Part shown: piece by piece, positions 21,727 through 25,327 of the stretch
Numbering within the stretch: position 1 is the stretch's first letter
Layout: each line of letters opens with the position of its first letter
Source of the DNA: Ginkgo biloba
Taxonomy: Eukaryota; Plantae; Ginkgophyta
Assembly: GCA_024626585.2 (NCBI GenBank)
Contig: JANKJI020000004.1
Coordinates: 40,949,826 to 40,975,152, forward strand
Direction: 5' to 3'
Length of the DNA stretch: 25,327 nucleotides
Notes under the pieces: model-generated
What the model saw: only the letters and a program-made list of their open reading frames with translations
Told to the model about the DNA's origin: nothing
Database searches by the model: none
Translations under genes and position numbers: made by a program

Positions 21727-23238
21727 TGTAATGGACCTCTCTTACAGAAAAGGTTAATTATGGTAGCAATTCACATAGGCTTGAGTTAATTTCTCTCCTT
21801 AAATGCAAAATAATAATTCATAATTAATGTTTGATTGGCTTTTTAATGATACTAATAATTAAACTAACTTCATTTAGGTACATGCAAGTGATTAAGAGTT
21901 GGGTCAAATTAAATGCCTTATGATGCCACTAGATATTCATAGGTTCTTGAGGTTAATTGATTCCATGCTCGTAATTTTATTTTTCTTTGGGGACCTTTAT
22001 TGCATCATAATACCTTTGGGTTTCTATTTTATTTGCCTACCCTAAGTTTGGGACTGTTAGTAACCATTACATACGAATAGACAATGCTTTTAAGTACTAG
22101 TTATCTTTAACGTTCAACAAACCTTAAGCCTACCTTATGCCCTTAAGCTCTTTAGTGTATTAGTCCTACCCCTTAATAATAATGTTCTTTTTATTTATTA
22201 TTAATGCCTATGGTATAATAATGGCTATGATAACTATGGGCTTATTTATGGATTTCCTCAAACACCATTATACTTAAGTTTGATACCCTCCTCCTTTACT
22301 TCCCTATGTAATTCCTTTTATTTTTTTCTTTTATAATGGGATTAACGCCTTGAGAGAAAGGAGAAGGAAAGGGCAGGGTGGATTCACTTAACAACAAAAA
22401 ACAAAGAGACTTAACAAATCAAACCAAACATCTAACAGGAAACTTTATCCTATAGTGCACATTGCCTTAAGCCTTAATTAGTTTCCTTGCCAACTAAAAA
22501 AGAAAGGGTAAACAATTGAGTGGCTCGACTCAGGAGGAGCACCATGCAACAAGAGGCTTGGGCAACTATGGGCTTGCAATTGTCATTCAAAATGGAGTCC
22601 AACACATCCCCTATTAGGGTTAAGCACCCTTTTGGGTTCCACTTGGGGCAAAGAAGGAAAGACACAGGTAGGCTTGCAGGTGTACATGCACTAGCGGTGG
22701 TTGCAAGTCCAAGCGATGGTGATAAGGAGGAAGGAAGATGGATGTGATATGGTTTGGAATTAGTGTTAATCTAGATTGAAAATTTCCCCTTATTAATGTG
22801 AGATTTATATATTTATATGGCCAAGCATCAAACATTATTTAGATCTTCCCTAGATCAAAAGGCCTCTTTATTTATATGATTTTTTAGTGGTACTATAATA
22901 CTCAAGTAATGGCGTATGCATTTCTTATAAAATCCTATTAATTAGAGGAAACCTCTTAACATTGATACTATCTTAGGTTCATGTGAATCAATGTTTTCTT
23001 TCATCTTGGTTGTTCTTTCTAATTATGAGCTTAAATTCTTAACACATTTAAACAAACGAGCATTGCATCATCTACATATTTCTAGTAAAGTAATAATGCT
23101 TAAATTGTGTTCTCATTTTATCAAGAGCTTATTCATTTATTTCTAATTTGACACTTCTAAGTTATTCCTTATTTCTACTAACTCATGTGCCAGTGAAAGG
23201 TAAGCTAACAAATTTATGGCAGACATGTAAGTATTACA
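21727..23238. repeat. Possible solo LTR of another family
   Basis: Homology to the chromovirus LTR stops where TGTAAT begins (21727), and a complementary ATTACA lies at 23233-23238. The flanks (GGACA / GATGC) are not a TSD and the host LTR does not visibly resume. Confidence 0.3.
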
Positions 23239-25327
23239 GATGCATGAATTGGTGATTTGTTATTGCATCCAAGCTACCTAAAAGGAAAAAAATTATTAAA
23301 TAAGGTATATAAGGATGAAAATTCTCCACCTTCTCATAGTTAGTTTCTTTTACTTGTAGTTTCTACTCTTTTGTAGAATAGAACCCCAAACCTACTTGAA
23401 GCCAAACTAGTTAAAAGTTCATCAAAAACCTAAAGGGAACATTTAAAATAAATCCCCCAACCAAGATAGTTTAGTCAACAACAAATCATAAAATGATGTG
23501 AACTTAATAATCAACTCGAGGAAACCAAATTTTGTATTCACTTACAATCATAATTTGAGTACATTATGAAGATTCACTAATGAGAACTTAAGGATCAACC
23601 TTACAACAATAGGGTTTTTATTCAAATCCTTATCAAGCTTCACTCTTATTGGTGAATTCTTCTACTCTATAGAAGAAAAAGAACCAAATTGTTTAATCAT
23701 CTAGCTTGCTTGTTTTCTCTTGTTTGCATGATTATTTTGTGCTCCTTATATTAATCTAATGAGATACAAAAAAGGAACAAAGGAAAATTCAAATACAAAA
23801 AGAGGAGTAAAGAAACAATTCAAAATCATAACTTCTTAGAAACCAACAATTCCAATAGTTCCATTTTATCCTATTATTTAGTCCCCTAGGGTGTTGGCTT
23901 GGGAGCAAATTAGGCCTTGAATAAACCCTCACCATTCCAAAAGTCAATAGCACAATAAATTTCAAAGCAACACATATTGAGAATATTCAGTTAGATTTCA
24001 AAGTTAAGAAGACAATAGGTTTCAATTATTTTTTCTTACTCAACTTTTGACCATTTTGCAAGCTTTCAAAATCTTGTCAATTGTTATATATAATGATGTA
24101 CCCGCTTGGTAGGAGGATGAAGAAATGACCTTCAAAATATTGCAAAAGCATATGAATAATAAATCTAAGGGGGCAACGAGTTTTGTAACTTGGTNNNNNN
24201 NNNNNNNNNNNNNNNNNNNNNNNNNNNNNNNNNNNNNNNNNNNNNNNNNNNNNNNNNNNNNNNNNNNNNNNNNNNNNNNNNNNNNNNNNNNNNNATGTAA
24301 CCTTGTGGAATTGTTAATGGAGAACAATTCTATAGTCATACAATTGAATATTTTGCTTCCTCTACTCATAAACTTACAAAATATTGGCTAATGTTTGTGC
24401 ATAATCCAGAGTAAAATAATTGTATTACTAATTTATCATCACTCGAGGGCAACCAGTCAAAGTTTCACATAGGAGGCTCCATTTTCTATTTTATGCACAA
24501 AGGGATAAATTCGAGAGCTATACAATATTGTGATTTCCTGTCTAGGACTATTCTATCTACCAGAGTAACACGAATTATGTAGCTATGAATCAATATTTTT
24601 ACTGTGTAACAAACAATCCACTATTGTAATATATTAATTTTAATAGTATTCTCAGGCTAATGAATAAGAGAGTCTATTCACTTTACATGCATAAGAGCTT
24701 CACATTTACTATAAATAAACATAGTACATTATTTGCTATTGATCAACATCACTTGATATCTTGTACTTTGCAAGCATAAGATTCTATTGTTAACAATTGT
24801 GTACAAGGCACGTGAATGGCGTTATTCCCCCTACCAAATGTTACAAGTCAACCACTATCTATAAAGGATTGGTTAAAATGTAATAGAGTTGGGGCACAAT
24901 TTTGATATTACTCCCTTATGAGCCTTCTGAGATAAACAACATCCTCTACTCATTGTATCAACCCATTTTGTAATAAAATAGAAATTGATTCTACAAACAG
25001 TCCCTTTATATTCATATATGATAATTACTATTGAAATAATGATTCTTCAAGGGAAACTAATAGCTTTGAATTTAAATAATATCTACAACTTACAGTTTTG
25101 AATTTAATAAGAAAAGGGAAACCAATAGCTTGAGGATGTACCAACAATATTCAATTTAGGTCTACAACCTCTAAACTTTCACCATCTCCTCAAGTTAGAT
25201 TAACTATCCGTAACTGATTGGAAATGGTTTAATGAAATAGTTACAACATAATTGCATGATAATATAGCCTGTCATTCTAGTTACCTACATAGGATCCTAG
25301 TGACTGGTAACTACACAAGATCCTAGT

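Noticed and set aside
24940-25131. Minus-strand YFITKWVDT resembling integrase DYFTKWVEA, and an 18-bp near-perfect direct repeat (25049, 25114)
   Set aside because: Flanking integrase motifs are absent and the repeat is a two-copy micro-duplication; 23240-25327 remains unassigned.

Overview
This is AT-rich, CpG-depleted eukaryotic repetitive DNA from a gappy draft assembly (16 N-runs, seven of them exactly 100 N). The Ty3/gypsy gag, protease and integrase-tail signatures suggest a large plant genome, most plausibly a gymnosperm; that is an inference. I see no intact cellular gene, RNA gene or CRISPR array. The window is a mosaic of decayed retroelements. (A) 462-5508: pieces of an LTR family with TGATGT...ACATCA termini that encodes gag and protease but no RT/RNase H/integrase. 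(B) ~7821-13176: a gypsy element with LTRs, PBS, gag, integrase tail and PPT, whose pol middle is lost at a gap. (C) 13477-~14890: the 3' half of a LINE that does not look like typical plant L1 or RTE. (D) 15988-18294: a CpG-rich solo-LTR-like insert packed with CCGAC motifs. (E) 18295-21726: a chromodomain-bearing gypsy pol whose YxDD motif is deleted in frame, plus a second copy of its 3' end. Several gaps are flanked by diverged copies of the same element segment, so adjacency across gaps is unreliable. I cannot support a claim of a new biological system. The best leads are the atypical LINE, the gag+protease-only family and the CCGAC-dense LTR. All translations, alignments and counts were done by eye.
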